Source: Dehalococcoidia bacterium
GTDB taxonomy: Bacteria; Chloroflexota; Dehalococcoidia; Lucifugimonadales; Australimonadaceae
Assembly: GCA_963579845.1 (NCBI GenBank)
Contig: CAUZHS010000001.1
Location: 4,768 to 68,767, forward strand
Length of the DNA: 64,000 nucleotides
Reading direction: 5' to 3'
This document shows, piece after piece, positions 55,113 through 64,000 of this stretch; within the stretch, counting starts at the first letter, position 1; each line of letters begins with the position of its first letter. Made by a program: the position numbers and the translations under genes. Below the pieces are notes generated by a model that saw only the letters and a program-made list of their open reading frames with translations, had not been told where the DNA came from and did no database searches.

Positions 55113-57605
55113 TTATGCGGGCTTCCACCTTCGCAGACGCAGGCTGTTCGACACCACTGAAACGGAGCTGAATGCCATGGCCAAGGCGGCCATCATAGGA
55201 TTCAGGAACCCGAAGTCGCCGAGGGCCCAACTGAGCCCCTGGGGGACTCCTTCTTGAAAGACGAGATACAAGATCCCAGCCGCGACGGGAATCAGCGCCA
55301 TGTTATAGAAGAAGGCCCAAAAAAGGTTCTGTTTGATGGTCACGATGGTGGCACGGGAAAGCTGTATCGCCTGAGCGACAGCCCGAACGTCACCACGCAT
55401 CAGTGCGATATCCGCCGTCTCCAACGCCACATCAGTGCCGGTTCCAATGGCGATACCCACGTCGGCCTGGGCTAGGGCCGGAGCATCGTTCACTCCGTCG
55501 CCCACCATGGCAACTCGCTCGCCCTGGGCCTGGAGCCGCTTCACCGCTTCCACCTTCTCGTCTGGCATCACCTCGGCAACCACGTTACGGATTCCCAACT
55601 CTGCAGCGATAGCCTGCGCCGTCGCCTCGCTATCCCCCGTCAGCATCATCACATCCAACCCCTGGGACTCCAGAAGCTGGACCGCCTCTCTGGACTCCGG
55701 GCGCACGGTGTCAGCCACAGCAATGAGGCCGCGAAGGTCGTTATCTCTGAGAACCACCATGGCAGTCTTGCCCTCTGACGCCCAGAGGCTGGGGAAATCC
55801 TGGGCCGCTTCCAGCGAAACACCCGCCTGGCGAGCAAGTTTCACACTCCCCACCGTTATCCAGTCGCCATCCACCTGGGCCCGGACGCCCAAGCCGGGGG
55901 CCGCCTGGAACTGCTGTGCCACTGAGGGCGTTACACCGCGCTCCCGCGTTCCGTCCACAATAGCGGTTGCGATGGGGTGTTCGCTCCCTCGCTCCACCGA
56001 AGCGGCCAGGTACAAAAGATCGTCCTCACTGATACCGCCCAGCGGCAGCACATCAGTCAACTGCGGTTTGCCCTGGGTAAGAGTGCCCGTCTTGTCCATC
56101 ACCACAGTGGTGATTTTGTAGGCATACTCCAAGGCCATGGCATCACGGATGAGGATCCCATGCTCGGCGCCCTTCCCGGTACCGACCATGATGGCAGTGG
56201 GCGTGGCCAACCCCAGTGCACATGGGCAGGCGATGATGAGGACTGCGCTCATGTTCAGGAGCGCGAACTCATACACGGGCGATGGGCCCGCAACCAGCCA
56301 AGTCACGAAGGTGATCGCAGCAATGCCCAGTACCGCAGGGACAAAGTAGGCAGCGACCGAATCCGCCAGACGCTGGATCGGCGCCTTGGAACCCTGGGCC
56401 TGGCGGACCATCTGCACAATTTGCGCCAAGGCTGTATCCTTCCCCACCTTGGTGGCCCGATAGGTGAAGCCGCCCACCACGTTGATCGTACCGCCGAAAA
56501 TCTCGTCGCCAGCGGCCTTGTCCACCGGAATGCTCTCGCCCGTTAGCATGCTCTCGTCAACGGTGGAAGCGCCCTCGGTAATCTTTCCGTCCACGGGAAG
56601 ACGCTCACCAGGCCTGACTAGGACCAGATCGGCCACGACCACGTCGGTGATGGGAATATCCTGCTCTGTACCATCGCGGAGAACCCTAGCCGTGCGCGGC
56701 TGCATACCCATGAGAGCCCGGATGGACTCGGATGTCTGGCCTTTTGCCCTGGCCTCCAGGTAACGACCAAAGAGGATGAGGGCGATGATGGTGACACCTG
56801 TATCAAAGTAAGTGCCAGTAGACTCGGAAAAGAGCCCGCCGAAGAAGGTCACCACGACGCTATAGGCGTAGGCCACCGAGGTGCCTAGGGCTACAAGAGT
56901 ATTCATGTTGGACGTGCGGTGCTTCAGCGCGCCCCAGGCGCCAATATAAAACTGACGCCCCATCCAGAACTGCACCGGCGTGGCAATAGCAAAGGCGGTA
57001 CAGTTCACCCAGAAGCTGCCCAGGGCATCCTCCACGACGGGAGTGACCATCAGCACCATGATTACCACAGCCCCGACAGCGCTCACCAGGAACTTGTCTC
57101 GCAGCAGCCGCGCGTCGGCTCGCTTGGAGAGCCGCTCTATGTCGGCGGCCAACTCGTCAGCCGACTCGATGCTCTCCACCTTGTAGCCCGAAGCCTCAAC
57201 GGCGTCCTGAATGGCCTCCAAGGGCACCGATCCCGGTACGTAATAGACCTCCACCCGTTCGGCAGCGGGGTTCACCGAAGCCTTGACCACCCCCTCCAAT
57301 CGCAGCAGCCGCTCCTCGATGCGCTTGGCACTGGAGGCGTCACTAAGGCCGGGAACGTTGATCCCTACCAGGTCGGCGCCAATCCTGTAGCCCACCGATC
57401 GTACGGCCGCCGCCATCTGGGTAATCGACGCCGAATCCATCTCGTAGGCAACGTTGGCCGTCTCCGTGGCCAAGTTAATCTCAGCAAGGCTCACACCGCC
57501 AACACTCTTAATCGCCGTCTGCACCGTATGCACACACGCCGCACAAGTCATCCCCTCAATGCGAAGGGTCACCAGTCTTTTTCCTCCGGAAGGTTCACCA
57601 GTCAT
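55113..57605 (-). CDS. copA: copper-translocating P1B-type ATPase
   Basis: [16 protein letters not shown] ([11 protein letters not shown]), [20 protein letters not shown]. Confidence 0.93.
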   Translation of the reverse strand: MTGEPSGGKRLVTLRIEGMTCAACVHTVQTAIKSVGGVSLAEINLATETANVAYEMDSASITQMAAAVRSVGYRIGADLVGINVPGLSDASSAKRIEERLLRLEGVVKASVNPAAERVEVYYVPGSVPLEAIQDAVEASGYKVESIESADELAADIERLSKRADARLLRDKFLVSAVGAVVIMVLMVTPVVEDALGSFWVNCTAFAIATPVQFWMGRQFYIGAWGALKHRTSNMNTLVALGTSVAYAYSVVVTFFGGLFSESTGTYFDTGVTIIALILFGRYLEARAKGQTSESIRALMGMQPRTARVLRDGTEQDIPITDVVVADLVLVRPGERLPVDGKITEGASTVDESMLTGESIPVDKAAGDEIFGGTINVVGGFTYRATKVGKDTALAQIVQMVRQAQGSKAPIQRLADSVAAYFVPAVLGIAAITFVTWLVAGPSPVYEFALLNMSAVLIIACPCALGLATPTAIMVGTGKGAEHGILIRDAMALEYAYKITTVVMDKTGTLTQGKPQLTDVLPLGGISEDDLLYLAASVERGSEHPIATAIVDGTRERGVTPSVAQQFQAAPGLGVRAQVDGDWITVGSVKLARQAGVSLEAAQDFPSLWASEGKTAMVVLRDNDLRGLIAVADTVRPESREAVQLLESQGLDVMMLTGDSEATAQAIAAELGIRNVVAEVMPDEKVEAVKRLQAQGERVAMVGDGVNDAPALAQADVGIAIGTGTDVALETADIALMRGDVRAVAQAIQLSRATIVTIKQNLFWAFFYNMALIPVAAGILYLVFQEGVPQGLSWALGDFGFLNPMMAALAMAFSSVSVVSNSLRLRRWKPA

Positions 57606-57620
57606 GGTTTCGTCCTCGCT

Positions 57621-57887
57621 CTAGCGGTGCGCTACCTCGTACAGCTCGATCAATTCGCCAATGAGCTCGTCATCCCTACCCTCACTAATGCCATCGGGCA
57701 CGCAGGTCCGCAGATGCCCGTTAAGGAGCACCCCCTCCAGCTTCTCAAAGGAACGGCGCACCGCATGGGTCTGCTTGAGCACGTCCACGCAATAGGTATC
57801 CGACTCGACCATACGCTTTATGCCCTCCACATGGCCGACGATATAGTTCAACCGCTTGAGTGCGTCTCTTTTCACATCTTCCAGCAT
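57621..57887 (-). CDS. csoR: CsoR-family copper-sensing repressor
   Basis: RL..I.GHV.GI.RMVE.D.YCVDVL.Q..AV, with Cys-His-Cys ligands (YC, GHLRTC). Confidence 0.88.
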   Translation of the reverse strand: MLEDVKRDALKRLNYIVGHVEGIKRMVESDTYCVDVLKQTHAVRRSFEKLEGVLLNGHLRTCVPDGISEGRDDELIGELIELYEVAHR

Positions 57888-57916
57888 GATGACCCTCCGT
57901 TGAGCCGCGCCTCTAA

Positions 57917-57943
57917 TACCCTACCCCCTTGGAGGGGGTTTAA
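57917..57943. promoter_or_regulatory. candidate CsoR operator
   Basis: ATACCCTACCCCCTTGGAGGGGGTTTA contains the G/C-tract pseudo-palindrome ACCCCC-N5-GGGGGT. It lies 30-55 nt upstream of csoR and resembles known CsoR boxes (TACCC...GGGGTA type). Confidence 0.45.
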
Positions 57944-58022
57944 CCCACTGTATGCCCTCGAGACGACAGAGTCAAGACGCGCCCATTATACTTACGTTCG
58001 CTAACACCCTCCCAGGAGCCTC

Positions 58023-58220
58023 TTGATGCCCACCTCCACCATTTGGCTGGTCGCCTCCATCGTCATCGCCCTCCCTGCATTCGCAGCCTTAACAGTCCTG
58101 CTGGTGCTCCTCACACCCACCCCAGCATGGCTCGGCCTGCTCGGCCTGGCGATAGTGGATATTTCGATCATCGTTGGAGGGTTCGTGGTCGTCCGCCGGT
58201 CTTTGGCATTGGTCCGCTAG
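58023..58220 (+). CDS. small two-TM membrane protein
   Basis: 65-aa ORF (TTG start) with two hydrophobic helices, divergent from csoR. Confidence 0.35.
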   Translation: MMPTSTIWLVASIVIALPAFAALTVLLVLLTPTPAWLGLLGLAIVDISIIVGGFVVVRRSLALVR

Positions 58221-58397
58221 GGCGCACCCTGACACTCTCGAAGGAGTAAATGGATTCGGGCGTAAGTCAGAATCACGACGGCAAATCGTGCCCACCGTCA
58301 ATCCCATAGTTGTCGGTCTAGGACACGTCCCGGCACGCCCTGCTTGCAGGCCGAGCGGCTGACCTCTATCCTGTCGTTTATCTCACCCCTCGAATAG

Positions 58398-59594
58398 GTG
58401 CATCGCATGGCCATCGCCGACAGCGTCCGGCAGAACATGGCGGAAAGTTCCTGGATACGTCGCATGTTTGAGATTGGAATCGCCCTGAAACAGGAGCGGG
58501 GCGAGGAGCATGTCTTCGACCTCTCCTTAGGCAACCCAGTCGTGGAACCGCCACCCCAATTCACCCAGGAACTCCAACGACTGGTGAACGAACCAGTGCC
58601 CGGTGCCCACCGCTACATGCCCAACGCAGGCTTCACCGATACCCGCAAAGCGGTGGCCGACGAACTGGGCTCGGAAACGGGCCTGCCATACACCGCGGCC
58701 CAGGTCATGATGAGCGTAGGGGCTGGTGGCGGGATCAACGTGGCGCTCCACGCGCTACTTGACCCCGGCGACGAGGTCATCATCCTTACTCCCTACTTCG
58801 CCGAATACCTCTTCTACGTCACCAACCACCAGGGGATACCGGTAATAGTTGGCTGCGACGATGCGTTCAACCCTGACCTGCAAGAGCTGGAGTCAAAACT
58901 CACCTCCCGCACCAAAGCGATGTTGCTCAATGTGCCCAACAATCCCTCAGGCGCCATCTTCAGTCCCGAGTTGCTACAAGATCTGGCCCAGCTTCTTGAG
59001 CGCAAGGGGCGCGAGTTGGGCACCGAGGTCTTCATCATCAGCGACGAGCCCTACCGCAAGATCATTTTCGACAACCACAGCTACCCCTTCCCCCAAATTG
59101 TCTACGAGCGCACCATCACCGTCAGCTCCCACTCCAAGGACCTGGCGCTGCCGGGCGAGCGTATCGGTTATGTCGCCATCCATCCAGCCTATGCAGACGG
59201 CGCCGTGCTCATGGACGCCTTCATCTTCTGCAACCGGGTCCTTGGATTCGTCAACGCACCTGCACTGATGCAGCGGGTCGTTCAGGCACTCCAGGGCGTG
59301 ACGGTGGACGTGGCAGCGTACCAGCGCAAGCGCGACTTTCTCCACGGCCAGCTCACCGGCATGGGCTACCAGGTCTTCAAGCCGCAAGGCGCTTTCTACA
59401 TGTTCCCCAAGTCTCCCGTCGACGATGAGATGGTTTTGGTGGACGCTTTGCAGCAGCATGGCGTACTGGTGGTACCGGGCAAAGGGTTTGGCCTTCCGGG
59501 CTACTTCCGCATCTCATTCTGTGTAGAGGATAAGACTCTGGAAGGGGCCATCGAAGGTTTCCAGGCCGTCGCCCAGGAGTTGGGCGTCGCATGA
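58398..59594 (+). CDS. class-I pyridoxal-phosphate-dependent aminotransferase (AspC/AlaT-like)
   Basis: LSLGNP, NNPSGA, SHSKDLALPGERIGY (PLP Lys), RISF. An alternative ATG is at 58407. Confidence 0.85.
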   Translation: MHRMAIADSVRQNMAESSWIRRMFEIGIALKQERGEEHVFDLSLGNPVVEPPPQFTQELQRLVNEPVPGAHRYMPNAGFTDTRKAVADELGSETGLPYTAAQVMMSVGAGGGINVALHALLDPGDEVIILTPYFAEYLFYVTNHQGIPVIVGCDDAFNPDLQELESKLTSRTKAMLLNVPNNPSGAIFSPELLQDLAQLLERKGRELGTEVFIISDEPYRKIIFDNHSYPFPQIVYERTITVSSHSKDLALPGERIGYVAIHPAYADGAVLMDAFIFCNRVLGFVNAPALMQRVVQALQGVTVDVAAYQRKRDFLHGQLTGMGYQVFKPQGAFYMFPKSPVDDEMVLVDALQQHGVLVVPGKGFGLPGYFRISFCVEDKTLEGAIEGFQAVAQELGVA

Positions 59595-59720
59595 GATAAA
59601 CTTTGGACGTGGCGGAGGTCCACCGCTTAGAAGGCCGCCGCATCGCGTACGATGGAGTAGCTGCGTAAACGCAACAATTGGTTCGGCGCTCGAGGGCGTG
59701 CTTGGCAGGGAGGTACCGAC

Positions 59721-60620
59721 ATGATGCAAAGAAACGTCGGAAAAGACCCGCAGCTCCAAATCCGCATGATGATCACCATCTTCTTGCTCGGGTTGCTCTA
59801 CGCCGGGTTCATCCTCACGCTATGGAGCCTCGGAGCCGGCATCTTCTTCATCGTGATATTGGCTGTCGTGATGGTTGGAATCCAGTTCACATTCTCCGGC
59901 CGTATGGTGCTGCTCTCTATGCACGCCAAGCTCGTTTCCGCAAAGGAGGAGCCAGGACTTTACAAGATGGTGGAGCGGCTGGCCTTTGCTGCCGGCGTAC
60001 CCAAACCGAGGATCGCGGTCTCCCAGATGACCATCCCCAACGCCTTTGCCACGGGGCGCAGCACCAAAAGCGCCGTCGTCGCAGTGACCCAAGGACTCAA
60101 GGATCTGCTGAACGATCGGGAGATGGAGGCCGTCCTCGCCCACGAGATAAGCCACATCAAACACCGCGACATGATAGTCATGACCTACGCCAGCTTTTTC
60201 GCGGTCGTCGCCTCCACCCTCATGAGCCTATTTTTCTGGATGGGGCTCTTCGGTGGCTTCTCGCGCCGTGGACGAGGTGGTGGCGGGAATGCCATCATAA
60301 TCGCCTACGTGGTCACCATCCTCGTCTGGCTCTTGAGCCAGCTATTACTGGCGACCCTCTCCCGCTATCGGGAGTTCTCCGCCGACCGGGCTGCCGCTCA
60401 GTTGACCGGGAGGCCTGCCGACCTCATCAGCGCACTCACCCGCATCAACGGCACCATTCATGAAGTGCCCAAAGACGACCTGCGCAAGGCCGCGAGCATG
60501 AACGCCTTCTTTATCCTACCCGCCATGGGCGGCGGCATATCAGGGCTCTTTTCGACCCACCCCAAGGTGACGAAACGTATTGAGCGTCTCCAGACAATGG
60601 AAGCTAACCTGGGCCTGTAG
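59721..60620 (+). CDS. htpX: zinc metalloprotease HtpX (M48)
   Basis: ATG follows GGGAGG. HEISHIKHRD (HExxH), four TM segments, EFSADR, THP..TKRI. Confidence 0.9.
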   Translation: MMQRNVGKDPQLQIRMMITIFLLGLLYAGFILTLWSLGAGIFFIVILAVVMVGIQFTFSGRMVLLSMHAKLVSAKEEPGLYKMVERLAFAAGVPKPRIAVSQMTIPNAFATGRSTKSAVVAVTQGLKDLLNDREMEAVLAHEISHIKHRDMIVMTYASFFAVVASTLMSLFFWMGLFGGFSRRGRGGGGNAIIIAYVVTILVWLLSQLLLATLSRYREFSADRAAAQLTGRPADLISALTRINGTIHEVPKDDLRKAASMNAFFILPAMGGGISGLFSTHPKVTKRIERLQTMEANLGL

Positions 60621-61198
60621 TGGGACTTCTCGGGGCACTCTTCGGGCGCGGGGGCTCAGCGCACAGCAACTGGGCCGAGGCTCTGGGCGCGCTCTCTCAA
60701 GCAGCCACATTCATCCAAAACGACCTGGAAACCCTGCCTCAGGGACAGGCAGGCCTCATCGTTCAGCCCGACGACGATGCGTCTCACGAAGATGCCTCCG
60801 CCAAAGTGACTCGCCTACTGGAGAACGACGAGACGCTCAGCAGCGTCCGTTACCGCATTCAGCCGGACAAACACCTTCATGCGTGGGTCATCCTCGAATC
60901 AAAGCCTCTAGAAGACCTGACCGAGTCGCTCTGGAAGGTCGCCGAATCTCTCAAGGAACGGGGAATGGAAGACCGGCTGCTTGCTGCGGTCTTCCCCTTC
61001 ACCTGGCAGAACAAGCCTCTGTACTGGCTCCTGCGCATTTCAACAGGACGGTTCACGCCCTTCGTACCAGTGGGACAGATGGAGGACGAAGAACGGGACC
61101 ACCCGCTGGAGATCCGAATGGAAAAGGCTCTGCGCAAGACAATTCCCACCGCACGGAGCGTCAAACAGTGGTACCCCCTGTGGGGTATACCCATCTAG
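60620..61198 (+). CDS. conserved cytosolic protein, tentatively PspA-associated PspAB-like
   Basis: The GTG overlaps the htpX TAG by 1 nt (TAGTG). The N-terminus MGLLGALFGRGG and the C-terminus ...WYPLWGIPI resemble my recollection of actinobacterial PspAB proteins. Not verified. Confidence 0.4.
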   Translation: MGLLGALFGRGGSAHSNWAEALGALSQAATFIQNDLETLPQGQAGLIVQPDDDASHEDASAKVTRLLENDETLSSVRYRIQPDKHLHAWVILESKPLEDLTESLWKVAESLKERGMEDRLLAAVFPFTWQNKPLYWLLRISTGRFTPFVPVGQMEDEERDHPLEIRMEKALRKTIPTARSVKQWYPLWGIPI

Positions 61199-61225
61199 GC
61201 CTGGGCAACACTGCTAGGCGACGGC

Positions 61226-61864
61226 CTACTCCAAATTACGAATGACCGCCACAACCTTGCCGGCCACCTCCACGTTCTCGGCGGCTACGACGATGGGCTT
61301 GAATTGGGGATTCGCCGGCTCCAAGCGTATAGTACTGCCCTCGTGGTAAAATCGCTTCAGCGTCGCCTCCTCTTCCATCTTGAGCCAGGCGGCCACCATA
61401 TCGCCATTGCGCACATCCGCTCCCTGACGCAGCACCACCAGGTCACCGTCGTCAACCAGCGCGTCCAACATGGAGAGGCCGCGGACACGGAGCGCAAAGA
61501 GCCCCTCGGTTCTTCTTGGCGTGAGCTCCGGAGGTAGCGCAATGGTTTCACTGGGCTCCATCTCGTCGGTGAGTACAGGCACGGGTATCCCGGCTGCGAT
61601 ACTGCCCACCACGGGCACTACCAGCGATTCGCTAATGCTGCCCCTGGCCTTTTCTCCTACCAGCTCCAGCCCACGAGCAATGTCGGCGGCCCGGCGGATG
61701 TAGCCCTCACGCTGAAGGATACGGAGGTTATAGTCCACCACCGAGGTCGAGCTTATGGAGCAACCCGATTGAATATCCCGAATGGAGGGAGAGAAGGTGT
61801 ACTCGCGCTGATAGGAACGGATAAAGTCGAGCATCTGCTGCTGGCGGTTCGAAAGTTGGGGCAT
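61226..61864 (-). CDS. lexA: LexA repressor
   Basis: ATG 61864 follows GGGAGG. Winged-helix MLDFI.......SPSIRDI, cleavage and S24 peptidase blocks VAAGIPV, VRGLSMLDA, ATLKRF. Confidence 0.92.
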   Translation of the reverse strand: MPQLSNRQQQMLDFIRSYQREYTFSPSIRDIQSGCSISSTSVVDYNLRILQREGYIRRAADIARGLELVGEKARGSISESLVVPVVGSIAAGIPVPVLTDEMEPSETIALPPELTPRRTEGLFALRVRGLSMLDALVDDGDLVVLRQGADVRNGDMVAAWLKMEEEATLKRFYHEGSTIRLEPANPQFKPIVVAAENVEVAGKVVAVIRNLE

Positions 61865-61912
61865 GCGTCCTCCCACAACGATGGGCCGGTGAAGGCGGTA
61901 CTTAGAAAATAG

Positions 61913-61924
61913 GAACAGGTGTTC
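61913..61924. promoter_or_regulatory. SOS box (Cheo-type GAAC-N4-GTTC)
   Basis: GAACAGGTGTTC lies 49 nt upstream of the lexA ATG. Confidence 0.65.
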
Positions 61925-62055
61925 TTTAAGAGAGGGTACTTTCCCCCAAGAAAGGTGTCAAGAACCGAATGACGCCGTTGTCATATCCACGCGGGCGCTC
62001 TCAGCAGGCATGGAGCCTGTTGACCTATGCGGAGAGCTAAGTTCGGCAGGGAGGC

Positions 62056-62304
62056 TTAGAGGCCGTTTAGCTTACGGGCGAGACGCGATTTGCGCCGCGC
62101 GGCGTTATTGGGGTGAATAACACCCTTGTGGGCGGCTCGGTCCAGCGCGCTGGTCGCCCGGGCCACCTCCAGAGCACCACCGGTTGCATCACCCTGGTCA
62201 ACCAACCGTTCGGCCTTCTTCACGATGGTCCGTGTGCTTGAGCGGACCAACCGGTTGGACTTTCTACGTCGTTCCTGGGCTCGAGCTGATTTCTCGGCAG
62301 GCAA
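62056..62304 (-). CDS. rpsT: 30S ribosomal protein S20
   Basis: TTG start follows AGGAGG. K..R...RR...N....S..RT..KK, 82 aa. Confidence 0.88.
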   Translation of the reverse strand: MPAEKSARAQERRRKSNRLVRSSTRTIVKKAERLVDQGDATGGALEVARATSALDRAAHKGVIHPNNAARRKSRLARKLNGL

Positions 62305-62415
62305 TCAAAACCTCCTGATTCCTATGGAATTGCATGTATTTTAGCCGCTGCGACGATCTACAGCAATCCAGGCGCTCTCAACCGGGATATTAGGCCGCCT
62401 ATACCACCTATGGGT

Positions 62416-64000
62416 TTAGCGCTGGATTCCCCGTCTAGGTACTTCCTGATTTGCTGGGATAGCTTGGCGCCCTCCGATGACTCGCTCGACGTTGGAAACG
62501 CCCCGCACGCCCTCCAACCGCGAAAACAGCCTGCTCAACTGCGCCATAGAGGCTACCTGAACTGTGAGGGCTGTGATGACCGCGCCATCTGGTCGAATAT
62601 CGGTCTGCGTCGAGGAGATGTTAAGCGACTCGACGGAAACGGCGGCGGTAATGTCCCGGAGCAGCCCCACCCTGTCCCAGGCCTCGATACTCAAACGAAC
62701 CGGGTAGAGGTTCCGGGTCGCTCCCCATGACACCGGAATGAGCCGGTCCTCCTCGTGCTCCTGACCAAGGTTGGGACAGTCGCGACGGTGGACAGTCACT
62801 CCTCGGGTGCGCGTGACAAAACCCACGATATCGTCAACTGGAACGGGCTGGCAGCAGATGCCAATCCTGGTAAGCAGATCGCCCACGCCCAAGACCTGGA
62901 TCCCTCCGATGGGAGCAATGAGATCTTCACCGACAAGAGGGCCTGCCGCCTGGTGGTCGTCCTGCCTGGTGTTCAGCCGTCCGCCCACTTGTGTGATGCT
63001 AATGAGGCCGCTGCCCAGGGCTGCGTGGAGATCTTCGACGCTCTCCTGCTTAAGGAGGTGTGCCAGCTCCTCTTCGTCCATCAGGACGTTGAAGCGGCGG
63101 AATTCCTTCTTCAGCAGTTCCTTTCCGCGCTGGACGTTGGCCTCCCGCTCCTGGCGGCGGAACCACGAACGAATACTCTGCCGGGCGTTGGCTGTCTTCG
63201 CATACCCCAAATGGGGGTTCAGCCAGTCCAAGCTGGGGCCCCGCGCCACCTTCGAGGTCATGATCTCAACGGTGTCACCATTCTTGAGATCGCAATCCAG
63301 CGAGACCAGTCTGCCGTTGACCTTGCCGCCGATGCACCGGTGGCCCAAGTCGGTGTGAATCCGATAGGCAAAGTCGATGGGCGTCGACCCGCTGGGAAGC
63401 TCCTTGATATCGCCTTTGGGGGTATAGACGAAAACCTGGTCGTTGAAGATGTCCGTCTTCACCGAGTCCAGGAACTCGTCAGTCTCGCTCAAGTCCCGTT
63501 GCCACTCCAAAAGTTGGCGCATCCACGTCATCTTCTCGTCGAAACGCCCATTCTTCGGAGGCGCATTACCTTCTTTGTATGCCCAGTGTGAGGCCACGCC
63601 GTATTCCGCAACCTCATGCATCAGGTGGGTCCGCACCTGCACTTCTATGGGCACCGAACCGATCGAGCGGACCGAGGTGTGGAGGGACTGGTACATGTTC
63701 TCTTTGGGACTGGCAATGTAATCGTCGAACTGCCCCGGTACCGGACGCCACAAGGAGTGGACGGTACCCAGCGCTGCATAGCAGTCTTGGAGGGTTTCCA
63801 CCAAAACTCGAACCGCGAACAGATCGTAGATTTCGCCGATTTGCTTCCCCTGTTGAGCGTAGCTCTCCGCCTTGCAGTAGATGCTGTAGATGTGCTTGGG
63901 GCGGCCAGTAACATCAGCTTGGATCCCGGCTTTAGCCAGCTCGCGGTTCAATACCTCCGTGACCTGCCCCACATAGGCCTCACGCTCCCGCCGTTTGCTG
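62416..64000 (-). CDS. relA: bifunctional (p)ppGpp synthetase/hydrolase RelA/SpoT homologue (C-terminal about 525 aa; 5' end beyond window)
   Basis: Synthetase block RPKHIYSIYCK, DLFAVRV, YQSLHT. TGS (VFVYTPKGDIKELP.GSTPIDFAY), then ZFD and ACT-like tail. The reading frame stays open to the window edge. Confidence 0.9.
   Translation of the reverse strand, partial: SKRREREAYVGQVTEVLNRELAKAGIQADVTGRPKHIYSIYCKAESYAQQGKQIGEIYDLFAVRVLVETLQDCYAALGTVHSLWRPVPGQFDDYIASPKENMYQSLHTSVRSIGSVPIEVQVRTHLMHEVAEYGVASHWAYKEGNAPPKNGRFDEKMTWMRQLLEWQRDLSETDEFLDSVKTDIFNDQVFVYTPKGDIKELPSGSTPIDFAYRIHTDLGHRCIGGKVNGRLVSLDCDLKNGDTVEIMTSKVARGPSLDWLNPHLGYAKTANARQSIRSWFRRQEREANVQRGKELLKKEFRRFNVLMDEEELAHLLKQESVEDLHAALGSGLISITQVGGRLNTRQDDHQAAGPLVGEDLIAPIGGIQVLGVGDLLTRIGICCQPVPVDDIVGFVTRTRGVTVHRRDCPNLGQEHEEDRLIPVSWGATRNLYPVRLSIEAWDRVGLLRDITAAVSVESLNISSTQTDIRPDGAVITALTVQVASMAQLSRLFSRLEGVRGVSNVERVIGGRQAIPANQEVPRRGIQR

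Noticed and set aside
56919-58004. A 361-aa plus-strand ORF spanning copA and csoR.
   Set aside because: It is antisense to two clearly identified genes, and no motifs are present.
59678-60463. A 261-aa plus-strand ORF overlapping htpX in another frame.
   Set aside because: The htpX frame carries HExxH and TM helices. This frame is Arg/His/Pro-rich nonsense.
1-64000. I looked for CRISPR arrays, tRNA or rRNA genes, transposases, integrases, toxin-antitoxin pairs and defence-system hallmarks.
   Set aside because: I saw no regularly spaced repeats, no tRNA-like T-arm or anticodon-arm patterns, and no recombinase, nuclease or ATPase combinations typical of defence islands. The window reads as core chromosome. 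A tRNA or ncRNA scan would still be needed to exclude small RNAs.

Overview
This is a high-GC (roughly 60%) chromosomal window that is almost fully coding and dominated by housekeeping genes on both strands. Genes recognised: purO-like and purF; rpmH-rnpA-yidD-[beta-propeller lipoprotein]-yidC-jag; a T-box-controlled type-2 ileS; rph; ilvE; a PPIase-hom-thrC-folE string; rpsF-ssb-rpsR; glyA; mfd; proBA; mug; DUF47-PiT phosphate transport; cofE; TPP-riboswitch-thiG-thiE-thiS; trxB; erpA; ferredoxin; hemQ/chdC; csoR-copA-YHS; htpX; lexA; rpsT. The 3' part of relA/spoT runs off the window end. The gene content (several F420/PPOX enzymes plus cofE, HemQ, T-box, GAAC-N4-GTTC SOS box, CsoR) fits a Chloroflexota- or Actinomycetota-like lineage, but taxonomy cannot be assigned without a database search. 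I recognised no rRNA, tRNA, CRISPR array, transposase, integrase or phage genes. I do not see a clear novel multi-gene system such as a defence island. The observations most worth a second look are listed here. (1) A compact PIG-L deacetylase / tandem-GNAT / GT4 / FemAB-like GNAT set is translationally welded to folE. (2) A BamB-like lipoprotein is inserted between yidD and yidC, and yidC overlaps jag by 116 nt. (3) htpX is coupled to a PspAB-like gene. (4) A possible leader-peptide attenuator lies ahead of the phosphate transporter operon. (5) A 670-bp non-coding island lies ahead of trxB. (6) Ribosomal protein S18 carries a 114-aa tail. (7) Several genes are disrupted by in-frame stops or single-base frame changes, which could be real decay or assembly indels. 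All family assignments are from motif recognition by eye, not from searches.
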